DNA of 64,000 nucleotides from the human T2T-CHM13v2.0 reference genome, Homo sapiens, in assembly GCF_009914755.1 (NCBI RefSeq), contig NC_060936.1; one strand, given 5' to 3'. The translations under genes and the position numbers were made by a program. The notes beneath the pieces were generated by a model, which was not told the DNA's origin, did no database searches, and saw only the letters and a list, made by a program, of their open reading frames with translations. This document shows, in pieces, positions 45,096-58,800 of the stretch. How positions within the stretch are numbered: position 1 is the stretch's first letter; the number at the start of each line of letters is the position of its first letter.

Positions 45096-46096
45096 TAATT
45101 AGACCTCAGACCCCTACTCCTATTCTCAGCAACTAATACTCTTCCCATTTCAGCTGAGGACTGGAGGATAAAGCGGAATGTTCTCTAATGGGGATAAAGC
45201 AAGAGGTCTGCATGGGGGCACCACTGGCACAATGGAGGGCAGCACGCCCGGGGCGAATACAGGGCTGAGACTTCTGGAGTATCTCCCACTTGCTCTCAGA
45301 GTGCTGTCCCATAAGCCTGTACTCTCTAGGCAGAAGATCTGCGTGGCTTTCCCTGGCAGAGTGGACCAGCCTAAAGAGGACAGCCCTAAGGGGGCCCTAA
45401 GATCTAGCCAACAGGGCGTTCCAGCTGTGGGGCCTTAGAGCAAAGCCTAGTGCATCATAAGCCACACCTGTGCTCACAATGTCCCATCAGTTTTTGGTGG
45501 TTCTCTCTTAAATAAGGTCCATCAGTTAAGGATCCCTAAATGTCCCTAAATATCTTAGGAAGGCCTTGAAAATAGAAACCAAAGCTAACAAGCAAAGGAT
45601 GCCTATTTAAATCAGAATATACACGAGGAAAACTTAAAAAAAACACATTATTTTCTGTCTTTAGAGGGATAAGATATTATATCCTTGATACAGAAGCTGA
45701 TTGCTATGTAAAGGGAAAAATTAAAACATTGATAATTAAGAAATGTGATGACTGAGTGCTATGAATGGTTAGAAAACAAAATTGAAGAATATCCAAGAAA
45801 GTAGGGCAAAAAATCAGAGATGGAAATTAGGAGTAAAAAAAATATGACCATTAGACAGTCCAGGAAGTCCAGTATCTGAATACTAGGAGTTCCAGAAAGA
45901 GATAACTACAAAAACAGAGGGGAGGAAATCACCAATGAGACAGTTCTAGTACATTTGCTAGAACAGAAGGATATTAGTATCCAGATTGAAATGGCTCATT
46001 AAGTGCCCTTACAAATAGATGAAACAGGCCTATCCCAAGGGTACATCTTTGTGACATCTCAGAAAAGTAGGGACAATTGGATCTTACAAGTTTCTA

Positions 46097-46337
46097 GGCT
46101 GGGCACAGTGGCTCACGCCTGTAATCCCAGTACCAGAGGCAGAGGCGGGTGGATCGCTTGAGCTCAGGAGTTCGAGACCAGCCTGGGCAACATGGCGAAA
46201 CCATGTCTTTACCAAAGATACAAAAAATTAGCGAGGCTTGGTGGTACGTGCCTGTAGTCCCAGCTACTCAGGAGGTTGAGATGGGAGGATTGCTTGAGCC
46301 TGGGCGATGGAGCAAGACTCTGTCTCAAAGAAAAAAA
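46097..46337 (+). mobile_element. Alu (J-like, internally deleted)
   Basis: TSD AAGTTTCTA at 46088-46096 and 46338-46346. Confidence 0.88.
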
Positions 46338-47011
46338 AAGTTTCTAGAAAGAAGAAATGTATTACAAAAGGTCAGGAATCAGCCTGATTTACCCGCAGCC
46401 ATGTGGGAAGCTAGAAGGCGAAGGAGAATTGCCCTCAAAGTTCTGAAGAAAAATGATTTCCAGTTGACAATTTTATATCTGATCAAACTATCACTCAAGC
46501 AAGAAGGTAAAAGAGAAACATTTTCAGATAGGTAAAAATATAAAACAAAAAGAAAAAAATAAAACTTAGCCCGATGCACCTTCTCTCAGGAAGCTATTGG
46601 AGTTCTTCACCATGAGGAGGGAGTAAACCAAGGGAAACATAGGATCCCGGAAATGGGGGCCAACACAGAAGATGGAGTATGTGAGAGGGGGCCCTTCATA
46701 GTCGTGATAAAGTGGATGCAGGACATTGATCTAAACTAAATCATGACAAAACTATTGCAGAGGATAGGGAAGAGGTGAAAGAGGGCTAAACCCTTACCTT
46801 CTATGATGAGGAAAAAACCTTAAAAATCACCAAGGGGCTACATAAGCATATTATTAAAAATATGGAATGGAATACCAAAAGAAACAGCTAAGGAATTGAA
46901 AGCTTATTGTTGTTGAGGGGCAGGTTGGGGAGGGGGGTAAGAAGAGAACTGTGGATTTTTTTTCTTCAATGAACCTTTTAGAACAAATTGACTCTTTAAA
47001 TTATGTGTATA

Positions 47012-47316
47012 GGCCGGGCATGGTGGCTCATGCCTGTAATCCCAGCAGTTTGGGAGGCCAAGGTTGGGAGGATTACTTGAGCCCAGGAGTTTGAGACCAG
47101 CCTGGACAACATGGCGAGACCCCGTCTCTACAGAAAATACAAAAATTAGCTGGGTGTGGTAACGTGTGCCTGTGGTCCCAGCTACTCAGGAGGCTGAGGT
47201 GGGAGGATTGCTTGAGTCTGGGAGGTTGAGGCTGCAGTGAGTGCAGTGAGCTGTGATTGTACCAGCCTTGGGGACAGAGTGAGACCCTGTCAATAAATAA
47301 ATAAATAAATAAATTA
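47012..47316 (+). mobile_element. AluJ
   Basis: Full dimer with cttgagcccaggagtttgag and a (TAAA)n tail. Confidence 0.92.
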
Positions 47317-47357
47317 AATGTATGCATAAGAGATAAAGATTAAAACTAGAAAAATGA

Positions 47358-47703
<346 letters not shown>

Positions 47704-48552
47704 TAGACTTATTTCATGTAAGTAAAACAAGAGTCCTGTGTTGTCCATTCATTTATTCCACAGATTTTGTTTTGAGTATCTGTTATGTGCTGGGCATTGA
47801 GGCAATTTCTTTTCTCCTTATTTCCCCTTGTTTTCATTGCTCCTGTTCTGGACCGTCCTGCTGGGATCCTATTTAATTTGCTAGTTACCACCTGCCCTAT
47901 ACGCCTCTGGATTTCTGCTGGGTGTGGCTGTGGCCCTAGTGCGATGTCAGGGAGGTCTTACTTAATGCTTCTCTCATGCTCTCCAGTGGTGAGTTGTCAG
48001 AAGTGGTACGTTTTGCTTTTTCTTCTGAGATGGGAGAAGCGTGCTGTATCCACAGATTCCTAGCTGGCACAGTTGACTGTTTATTTGCTTAGCACATGGC
48101 CTGACACATAGCAGACACTCAGTGGCTGAATAAACATGGTAACTGTGACATGTACTCACTTTCTCTCTCCTGTCTCTGATCCTCAAAGAGGACCAAATAT
48201 CTGCCACCCTGCATCCTCAGACGGCTCGTAACTTTGGCAAAAAGGGGCCACCACAGAGGGCCTGCTGCAGCCTTCCCAGTTCCCTGTTGTTTCCACTTTT
48301 GCTACCTGAAATCTAATGATTTGAGATCCAGTAGTTTGCGTCTTGAAGAATATTTGGAAATTAAGGAAAATACAGGTGTCCCTAAGAGGAAAAATACTAT
48401 GACCCATCATCACAGTAATTTCCAACCTGGAGCTCCCACATGCTGGGATCTCATAACAGGCATAATGGTGGCCAGAGAGCACTTCTTAATATTTCAAAAC
48501 ACCTAATGGAAACTGCCCATTTATTTAAGATAAGGCTGCAAAGAGTAACTAA

Positions 48553-48918
<366 letters not shown>

Positions 48919-50789
48919 TAGCTCTGGTTATCCTTTGCTGAACAGATGCTTGAGTTGATAGCTGTCTATCTGTGATAAACACAAGAATGGAAGGAGAGAA
49001 TAATGATCAATAACAGCTTATGTGATTGACAAGACCTTGCCAAAGGCAGTGTGGATGTGGTGGGATGGGAAGGGGGTCTCTGGGAGGGGAGAGACGGGGG
49101 CACTGCATGCTACTTAGTTATTCCTGGGGTTTGTTGGCAGCTGCACTGAGGACAGAGGGCTCCAGACAGGGGCAGAGCAGGGGCACAGAGAGTGGTGTGA
49201 GGCTCTAAACGCCAGCTTGGTCGGCCCACTTTGTCATTTTGCTGAGGGCTGGTGGAGGTGCCGGTGTGGCTGTGCCAGGGGCCCCGCCTGTCACCTCTCC
49301 CTGCAATCCAGACCCCATCACAGAGCCCATGGCAGCGGAGATAAATGCTTCGGCAAGGCAAACGAATCTAGAGGGAATGGGAGCCTCAAGCCGTGAAAAA
49401 TGATGGGGACTGTGGCCTACTTTCTTGCTTTGTAAGAGTCACTTGCACTTTTCTGGGGCACAGCCAAACTGACGGTGCTGTAGAACAGGATGTGCGAGAA
49501 TGCTGTTTGGCAAACAAAGAGCGCTCTCTGGCCCCCAGAGGTTCTGGCTTTTGAGCCCAGACTAAAGAAAGCCAGGCTGGAGACCGTATATCAAACTTTG
49601 CAAGCCCGTTTATATACCTTGCTGGTGCCTCAGGGGGCAGAAATGCTGGTTGGGGATCTTTGTGTTTTGTTTTGAAAGAGTGATGTTTGGAAGCAGAAGC
49701 ACTCAAAAATATATCCTGACCTCTGGCACTTAGAACCTCCACCAGAGCTTGGCACTTAACTGTTCTGTTTCTCGTGATATGTTCTAATTATCTGTTTCCA
49801 GCCAGATTGTAAGGTCAACAATGGTAGTTTATTTACGAGTAAGTCTTAGTTTTCTCATCTGTAGGAATGGGGATAAAAATGCAGGTTTGCTATGAGTGTT
49901 AGGGGTTCAGGGTTTAGTTTTGGGCCTAACTGCTCCTGTCTACCTGTCTACCCTTCCAGGGCCTCTCAGGACACACCTTACTCCCAAAGCACAATATCCA
50001 AATGGCAAAGAGGTTGTCCCTTTCTTAATGAGCTCCACAAGCACCTGACCACCACCCCCTCCCATTCGAGGCCTCCCTGTCCCCTCCCGCTGAACCTAAA
50101 CCGCTCTGAGGAGCAGCTCTCCAGCCATCAGTCCTGCTTGGATGAGGATGCTGATTTTGTGTCTAGGGAAACAAGTCTGCCCCGTTTGCCTTCCACATGG
50201 AGGCTGAGGGTACAAGAGAAAGTTGGGGGAAATAGCAAGCAAAGTTCAGAGGGCAGTGGTCCATTTTTTCTTATCAGCCACAAAACAAAAAATAAATAAA
50301 AGAAGGAGGAGGCCGTGTCTTTGAGGCACAGTAAGCCTGCCCACTGAATGTCCCTGAGAGTAACTAGTTATAATAGCTACTCCTTCTACAGGGAGACCTA
50401 GAGACGGGGCAGAGAGAGGAAAGGACGTGCCCCCGTGAATAGCAGAGGGGTGAACAGTAGGCCTGGGGGAGAAATTGCCTTCCTGACAAGAAGAGTTGGA
50501 GATGATGAATACAAAACCCCTGGGACACTGCCTGGCCCATAGTGATGTTACCATCAGTAGTGGCTTTGCCGTTTCCAGATTGACATCCATGCCCTAAACA
50601 GAGAACTTTGCTGAGATGAAATTTCCTTGTTGGTATACTTTTGTGAACCACTCCATTGAGAACCAGCACAAAGCCATTGCCTTCTTGAACGTCTTCATTA
50701 AAACTAGAATAATCTCTGCCCCTCATTTGCCCATGCACATGGAAAACCCACGGATATGCCTTCCCTGATGGAAAATATGACCACTGACT

Positions 50790-51021
50790 GGAGTTCGAGA
50801 CCAGCCTGACCAATATGGAGAAACCCCATCTCTACTAAAAATACAAAATTAGCCAGGCGTGGTGGTGCATGCTTGTAATTCCAGCTACTTGGGAGGCTGA
50901 GGCAGGAGAATCACTTGAACCCAGGAGGCAGGGGCTACCGTGAGCCGAGCCGAGATCACGCCATTGCACTCTAGTCTGGGCAACAAGAGTGAAATTCCAT
51001 CTCAAAAAAAAAAAAAAAAAA
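50790..51021 (+). mobile_element. 5'-truncated AluS
   Basis: Starts at ggagttcgagacc; TSD TGACCACTGA at 50778-50787 and 51023-51032. Confidence 0.92.
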
Positions 51022-52454
51022 GTGACCACTGAAATGTGTATAATGCTTTAAAATTGACAGTGCATTTTCTCATCCATCATTTGAGCCTCACAACAGCCTT
51101 GTGACGTAGGCAGTATTCGTATTCTCACTTCAAAGATAAGGAAGCGGATGCTGGAATGGCTTGGGCACCAGGCCAGGTTCATACAGTAAGTAAATGGCCA
51201 AGGCAGGGTGTAATCTTTGGACTCCACACCCAGCGCTCCTTTTTTTTTTCTGTCATCTGTGATGCTTCTTCCACCCTGCTATTGATAGCCTAGGAACAAG
51301 ATGTGTGACTTTTCTTACCACCCCCTGGTGGGTACATCCTGGGTACACTTTTCTGTTTTCTAGTGGGGGTAAGGAAAATGGCTTTCAGTGGTGAAGGTTC
51401 ACAGAAAGAATGGGATCCAGAAGCGTCTTCCAGCATGGTCCAGGTGCCAGAAGACTTTGGCAGGCGAGTTGACCATGGCTGAGTCAGGCCCTCCTCCCCC
51501 GCTCCCTGGATTTTGGATCGATTTTGCAGCGGCTCTGGCGGCTGCATGTGTTTCCCTTGGCCTCTGAGGCATTCCAGTGATGATGATGGCTCGGCGGGGT
51601 CACGGCCCTGTACAAAGCAAGGGCTATTTGTGGCTGATCTAAAACATAACTGGAGCCACCTGCATCCGAGGCTGGCTTCTCGGGCTCTGGGTCCCATAAC
51701 CCAGCTGGAGTAAAAAGTTCACGTTCCCGTGTGGAGTAGATACCAAAAGTGACGTCTCTTTCTTTCTTTAGGTTTGGCTGCGTAATTGGAAAACCAAGCT
51801 GCCCGCCACCTTGCCGTGGCTTCTTCTATCCCTAGGGCCTGGAGTGGGCTTCCTCCCTCCCCTCCTCTATCTAAACCCTCCTTGCTGCAAGACCCTGCTC
51901 CTTTCACGGAGTCTCCATTCCCAGAATGTATGTGACCTCATTGTTTGTCATCCATGTTGGGGCTTTTAAGAATATCCCCTTGCACCATTTTATGACTGCT
52001 TCATGGACAATAATCCTGACTGTGTTCTTTGGGGCCAGACACTGGGTCTGCTTTCCTTCCTCTCTCACAGTGCCTGGCTGTGCTGGGTACACATGAAGGC
52101 TGACGGTTCACTGAATGAGGCATTGTGGAGGGCGTAGAAAACATGGAGACCTGGGAACCCAGAGACCAGGTTTTGTTGCCAGGGCAAATCCCTTTGCCTC
52201 TCTGGGTTGCTCAGTCCATATCTGTAAAATGAGAGTTGAACTGGATGATCTTTAAGGTCCATTTCAAATTCAAAGTTCTGGAACTAATTGTAGACTAAGC
52301 CGAAGAGATGCTCATTGCCTTTACCTGTCTCTCTCTGCTCCCCATATTGCAGCCTGGTAAGCTGTTGTGGCTTATCACCCGCACCTCTGATTTGCCTGAA
52401 TGTAACTTAAAAACTTGTCTTCATAATATCAGGAAGGTCACAAAAGAGAATGAG

Positions 52455-52680
52455 GGAGTGTTGAGTAGTGTTTAGAAGCAGAGACTGGGGAATCAGACAA
52501 ACTTGGGTTTCAGTCTTAGCCCTACCACTTAATAGTTGTGTGGCCTTGAGCAAGTCACCTTGTTAAGTACCACTTTCTTTTCAGAAACATGGAGTTAATG
52601 CCAGTCTCACAAGGCAATGGAGGAATATGTGAGATAATACAGGTATGGCGCACACACAGTGTCAGAGCTCACTCAATGGT
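52455..52680 (+). mobile_element. MIR
   Basis: ccacttaatagttgtgtggccttgagcaagtcac. Confidence 0.65.
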
Positions 52681-55119
52681 GGCAGTCATCGTCATTGAAG
52701 TGGGGAGGGGAAAGAAGCAGAGGGGTGTGTTTTCTAGTCCTTTGGTGAGCATTTTCTGACTTGTAAACTATTGGTTGCATTTTAAGACAGTGCCTTTATC
52801 ATTTTCATAAGCAGTGTAATGATTTGAGGAAAACCATTTTAGTTCTAATAAGAACACTAGCAGTACTAATTGTGCACATGATAGCATTTTAATAGAGTTC
52901 CATAATTTATGGAATTGGGAAGACTTACAAAAACATGGGTTGACTCTCTAGAGTCTTAGGTTTCTGGTGAGTGATTCAAACAGGCTGCTCTTGCTTCCTG
53001 CCAGTGCAAATAAATCAATTGTAAACCTGCACTTTTAAACAAAATTGTGAAAAAGGAAACAAATCCAGTGATAAGAAACTATTTTAACAAGACACTTCAT
53101 TCTTGAGGTGATTTGCTAAGGAGAGATTTTCCAGATTGTCCCTGAACTACCAAAAGCAACAGACACACTGTGGTACTTGCTTCTCTTTTTCTAGCTGCTC
53201 TGGGTTTAAGTAACTGAAGCCTTCTCAAGTATTAAATTTGGAGGGTGGCTCAGTGATCTAAGCAATGAAGACCCAAGAAAGACTTTGGGTCTGAATCAAA
53301 GTTTTCCAACTGCCTTGCTTTGAGTGCTTGGAAAGTCACTTCCTAACCTTGGATACCTCAATCTTACCAACTAAAAGAGTGGTAGATGGCGGGATGAACA
53401 TCGCCCAGCTTTAGACAGTGAAACCTGGATGAACTTAACCTGGCTTAAGATGATCCCTTTCTGTTTAAGTGGAAAATGCATGGTGAGTGAACATTACCTT
53501 TCAAGCAACTTCTGGACAGAGTCCATATGTGTGTGTGTGTGTATGTGTGTGTATTAGCCTGAAGTTCAAGTACTTGCAAAGGTTTCTAGCACACAGTGTG
53601 CAGTAGGTGAGCTAGACTTAGTTAGACTTAGGACTTCCAGATCTCCCATGTCTTGACAATTGTGTTTAACTGAGTTTTAACATTGACTCTCAGAGTCAGA
53701 AAGAATTCCAGAAGATAAAGGAAAACCAGAAAGCCAAACTTTAATAAATACTCAGAGAGCAAAAAGAAATAATGGAAATGGCATACGTGCAGAGGGCACG
53801 TAGTTAGTGAAGAAATAGCTTTTGATGAAACAGGACAGGGTGAAACTTCAAAGACTTGTCTTTTATCCATTAATCCCATTAGTGCTCCAGCGATTTCTCA
53901 AAGATTGATTATCTCTGGGGAAATGTGTTACATCAGCCCTCAGCTTTCCAGTCCCATTAGACCCAGCAAACATTCTGTGCTGCTGGGATGATGGGCTTCT
54001 GTGCCATGTTTACCCATATTCCTCCAGCTTGGCCCCCTCCTCACCAGCTCCAGTCAGGAACAGAGAGAGGCCTCTACCATCAGTAGTCATTCTTTGGGAT
54101 TATCACTCACACCCCTTTGGAAGGGAAGAGAAACATAAAGATAATGGGCAAGCAGCATGTGCTCAGGTTAACTTTACATTGGCTGATCAATTCTTCATAT
54201 AGCCTTGGGCGTTTATTAGGACTTTCATGGTGGATAGACACACTGTCCCCATTCAAAGTGCCTCTAAATTAGAAGTGAGATACCTAAGGAGTGTCAGCAA
54301 TGAGGAACAATGGGCTTCTCTTGAAGTCTTGCTCTCTGTCTAGTATGGTGGGCAAAGGAATTTATCGGTTACTAATTTTATAAATAACCTTCTCACAGTC
54401 TCTGTTTTGTCATATGTAAAATGGCAGCAATGTAATGTATCCCTCATAGCGTTGTTAGGAGGACTAAATGGGTTAGTATTTGTTAAATGCTTGGCATTGT
54501 GCCTGCCTCACACCATACAGGCACTCAATAAAAGTTAGCTGAAATTATGTTAACTAGTCTAAGCAGAGGATTAGTAGGCACGTTGGAACTGATGCTAAGA
54601 AGGAATAAGACTCACCTTGGGAAAAGTGGGGATCAGGGAGAAGACTAGGCAGCAGGCTTCTGAGTGTGGGAGTGTGCAGGATGTGAGCACATCTCTGCAG
54701 TGCCTGCGCCCTCCTTGCCACAGAAATAACCTACACCAGACGTAGTAACAGAAAAAGAACCCAAGCATTTTCAAGACAATGTGAGCAAGGTAGAAAAGGG
54801 CGACCCATGAGTCAACAATACTCAAGCTTTTATCAGTCTCAGTTTCTTCATTCTTTGTTTCATTCATTCAACCCACGTTTATCATCAAACCTGTGCTGTT
54901 GATTGATGTTATAGATAAAAATGAACCACTCCCTACTCTCAAGAAAGCAGAAGAAGGAAGCAGGTAAGTAACTAGACAATTATATAACAAGTTCCTGAGT
55001 GATCAGGAGGAATGAAGTGCCCTGGGAAGGCTTCTGGGAGGAGTTGATTCCTAAGATTAGATGAGTGAGAGTTATCTAGTGAGGGGAAAGGCATGGATGA
55101 CAGAGCATTGTGTGTGACA

Positions 55120-55820
55120 AATCCTTGTCTGCTAATTCTCACATTTAACTCATCTCAGAGTCAGTCTCCATTGATTGCCTATTAAGTATGGGCCATATTT
55201 TTATGTCTAGTAATTTTGGATTATATTCTAGACATTGTTGATGGTCTAGTGTAGAGACTATGGATTCTATTATGTTTCTCTGGAGAGTGTTGACTTTTTA
55301 TTTTAGCAGGCATTTAATTTGACTGAACTCAAACACCAAACTATCTCCTCCATGGGGGGCAGAAGCTGAAATCTCTGATCAGTTCTATTAATTTTAGATG
55401 GGTTGCTTGGAATCTGCCCCATGCATGTATAGCTCAGGAGTCAGCCACAGATTTGGATGGAGTTTATATGCAGAATTTGGAGCATCCCTTCTGAGGCTTT
55501 CTCCTTTTGGGGATTTCTGCTTCCATTTTCCAGCTGCCCCAACCATTTGCTCCTTCCATTTTCCAGCTGCCCTTCTGATCCTGCAGATTTCTATCTAGTT
55601 TCTAATCACTCTATATACTACAGATTGGGTTCTGCTCTCAAGCAAAAAACTGTGAAACCCAGAAACTCATCCAATGCTCCCTTCTCCCAGGTTCTGCCTG
55701 CTTTGAGTTGCTCTCTAGTGCATGCAAATAGGTATTTTTAATTTTTTGCTAAGTAATAGTTATGTTCAGATGATAGGTCCAATATACACTACTCTGAGAT
55801 ATTGGAAGCAAAACTCCCAC
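55120..55820 (-). mobile_element. Old L1M fragment
   Basis: T-rich tgtctagtaattttggattatattctagacattgt, typical of antisense L1M 5'/ORF1 relics. Confidence 0.5.
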
Positions 55821-58800
55821 AATGGATATTTCAAGAACTGCAAGTAGGTCAGTTTGTGTGTGGGGGGGAGTGTTTGTGTACATGTGTGCATGCGTGTGTT
55901 ACAGGGGCATGGAAATATGCACAGCTTAAAGAAAGGCAGAGGTCAGATCATCAAAAGCCTTCTGGGTTATATTAAGGAATTTGAACTAGATCCTGAAGGC
56001 TGTGATGGAGAGCTTTAATCTTAAGAGTAAAATGATCACAACTGTTCTTAGAAACATTGCTGGGCATCTGTATGAAGGATGAATCAAAAGAGGTAGAAAG
56101 ATAGGGGATTGATGGGGAAACAGAATTCAGTTTTTGTCCTCTGGAAGATGAGGGGTTGAACTAGATGATCATTAATGTCTCTTATGGCTCTAGTATTCCG
56201 ATCTTCCCATTAATGACTTTACTTGGTCCTACTGTAGCCAGGAGTTCCCACAAGGCTGTTTTTTGCAGAGCACTATACACAGCCCTTGAAGCCCAGGCTT
56301 TAAAAAATGCCATTTAGTGATATTTTATGGCTTGTGAATAGATTAAGGTAATGGAGGCACAAAACAACACAAATGAATGCACCACGGGTGGGTAACAGCC
56401 TTTGAATTTCTCCAGCTCTCCCTTCAGACCTCCTGTATCACAACAGGTATTTGGTCATTTTATGTGATCTTAAATGGCCTACTATTAACCTGACTTTGAT
56501 TTTTTTTCAGTCCTCAGAGAGGTGGAGGTGGGCCTAGCAAGAACCCAATGCTAGGGATTCATTGCAAAGTGTACCCAAATTGGGAAGGGTGAGAAGCTAT
56601 TCTATGATGGTCTTATGAGAACCTCAGGAGATGCTGGTGGTGGTGTGATGGGCATGTTGGTTTCATCCTTTCCTGTTTCTGAACCAATAGGAAAATGAGG
56701 CTTCCTGAGCCTCAGGATGCCCTACCCTTTCTAAGGCTTCCTGGAGAGCAAAGAGTTCCTGCTCTGCCCTGGTGTGAGTCAGAGACTGTGATGACACACT
56801 GAACAGCAACACCTGTCCTTGCTGGGGAGGGGATCCAAAGTCCAGCCGCTCGCCTTCAGCATGACACATTTTTCTGTGCTTTGCCTCGTTAAGAGCTCAG
56901 GTCCTTTAGTGCTTGAAAGTAGCTGAGTGCACCACCTCTGTAAATCGATCCCGCACTCAGTTCGTGAAACATCAGGTTTTAGGAATTGGAGAGGCAGCAA
57001 TATAATTTTTGTGTGCTGTTGCTTGAGTGAACTGTAAACCAAGGCTTTCTACCCAGGATTGCACGGCTTTTTACTTTGATGAATGTCATTTTACTCAGAG
57101 CTGACTAAATGATATTGTCTTATATGGCTCTCAAATTTTTCTCTGATCTGTTCCCAATCTGAAACGTGTGAGTACATCACTTCAGATATTTGCTAGGCAT
57201 CTGAGCTTGGCCTGAGGATATTCACCAGCATGATTGAGAAAACATGCTTGTCCTCAGGAAGGCCCAAGTCTAAGCACCTGCTCATGCCCCTTCCTTGGCT
57301 GTGTGGCTTTTCTACGCTGCAAACCAAGCTTGTAGACATGGTGTACCTTTCCATAACAGGTCTCTCTCTTCTGTCATGTTGTGGTCACTGAATTGGATTT
57401 GGCAGAAATACCAGAAAGTGGAACATGTGGTCGCAGCATGTGACCTTCAAGTCAGGTCACGGCTGGCATTTGCCAGCCTCTGTTTGTTGGTTCTGGTGGA
57501 ATCAGGCCTATGTGTGGACTCTGCTCCTACTATTTGAGGGCATTGTGAGGCCTTTTCTGAGTGTGTCTCCTGCCTCCTTGACTCCGGGCCTGAAGTTTCT
57601 GCCATTGATGTAACTCATATGTGTTACAGCATTGCCTCCAGAATTCTCCTATTTGTGAAGGCCTATTCTGTTAGAACAGGTTGATTGAGGAGCACATTAC
57701 CTACTTCTGGTGCTCCATCTGGGGACTGTGGACAGCAGAAGAGTGGGGTGAGGTGAGCTTGAGGGGTTGAGGGAGAGTGACACAGAAGAGCAGGGCTGGC
57801 TCCCCTGAAACAGGAGGCTCCCCTGTCAGTTGTGGCAGGCTCTCTGCCTGGTTTTTTCCACTCCTTTATCCCCAGCACTTAACCTCATGTTTGGCTCATA
57901 GTAGATGCTTAGGAGATGAAAGCCTCATGTCCAACCATGGCCAACAGTTAAATCTGTGAATCTCAGGCTTGATTTCAGCTTGGCCAGGTCTGAGTCATTA
58001 AAGGACGCTTTGCATTTTTGGATAGTGGAACTTTTGCCATCTTATTCTTTTTCCATGGTGTCATGGCTTTGGCATGATCAGGGTTATGAAAAAAGGGGGA
58101 TAAGCCCTCTACTCTGCTTTACCTGCCGTGACTGAGATCAGACACTGGTTTTTAGAGGGAAATGTCCATTTTAGAGCAAGAGAGAGAAGACCTTAAGCAT
58201 GACCTAAAGAAAAGAGAGAGGCCAGGCTGTCCCACCACTTCATGCTTGGTTGACTGAGCCAAGTTTGACTGCAAGACTGGGTCTTGGCCCAGGATGGAGA
58301 ATATTCACTAATGAGGCAATTGACTTCAAGAAGATCAAAATAATTAGTCAGTTTTCACTGCTATAGTGAGTCACCCTTGTGAAGACATTATGTTCCAACT
58401 GAAGAGTGAGGGAGTTGAGGTGGAAGTCTCCTGGCTCCTGCTCCCTGGGGAGTGCAGAGTGTGTCTAGAAGCCTGGGCTGGTAGGCCATGGAGTGGGGAC
58501 CTGAGCTGTTTCCTTCTGCCTGTGCTTTTTCTCTTTCCTCTCCCACGTTCACTGGGAAGCAAGGAAGTTGAGGACACGTTACCTCAGTACGTACCACAAT
58601 ACGCATTAGAGGTCTGCTTCCTAGGCCCGTAGATTCTAGGGAGGGCACTCCAGGCCTGCAGGGGCCCTGAGGCAGGGGTTGGTGGGCATGAGAATGGGAC
58701 CCACCCCTGCTGCTTGGGAGGGTATGTGTTGCCCTTGGAGGCAGGGAGAAGGGCTGGTCTGTCCCTGTGCTTGGGCACTCCCATCTGCACAGTGCCCTGT

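Larger units (their letters stand above)
44140..47010 (+). mobile_element. Ancient HAL1/L1M relic with decayed ORF1 and nested insertions
   Basis: 46390-46530 reads WEARR..ALKVLKKNDFQLTILYLIKLSLKQEG, similar to the ORF1p C-terminus; no ORF2 follows. Boundaries approximate. Confidence 0.6.

Noticed and set aside
46149-46535. 128-aa Alu/ORF1 chimeric ORF
   Set aside because: Accidental frame running from an Alu into a decayed ORF1 relic; GTG start and no exon signals.
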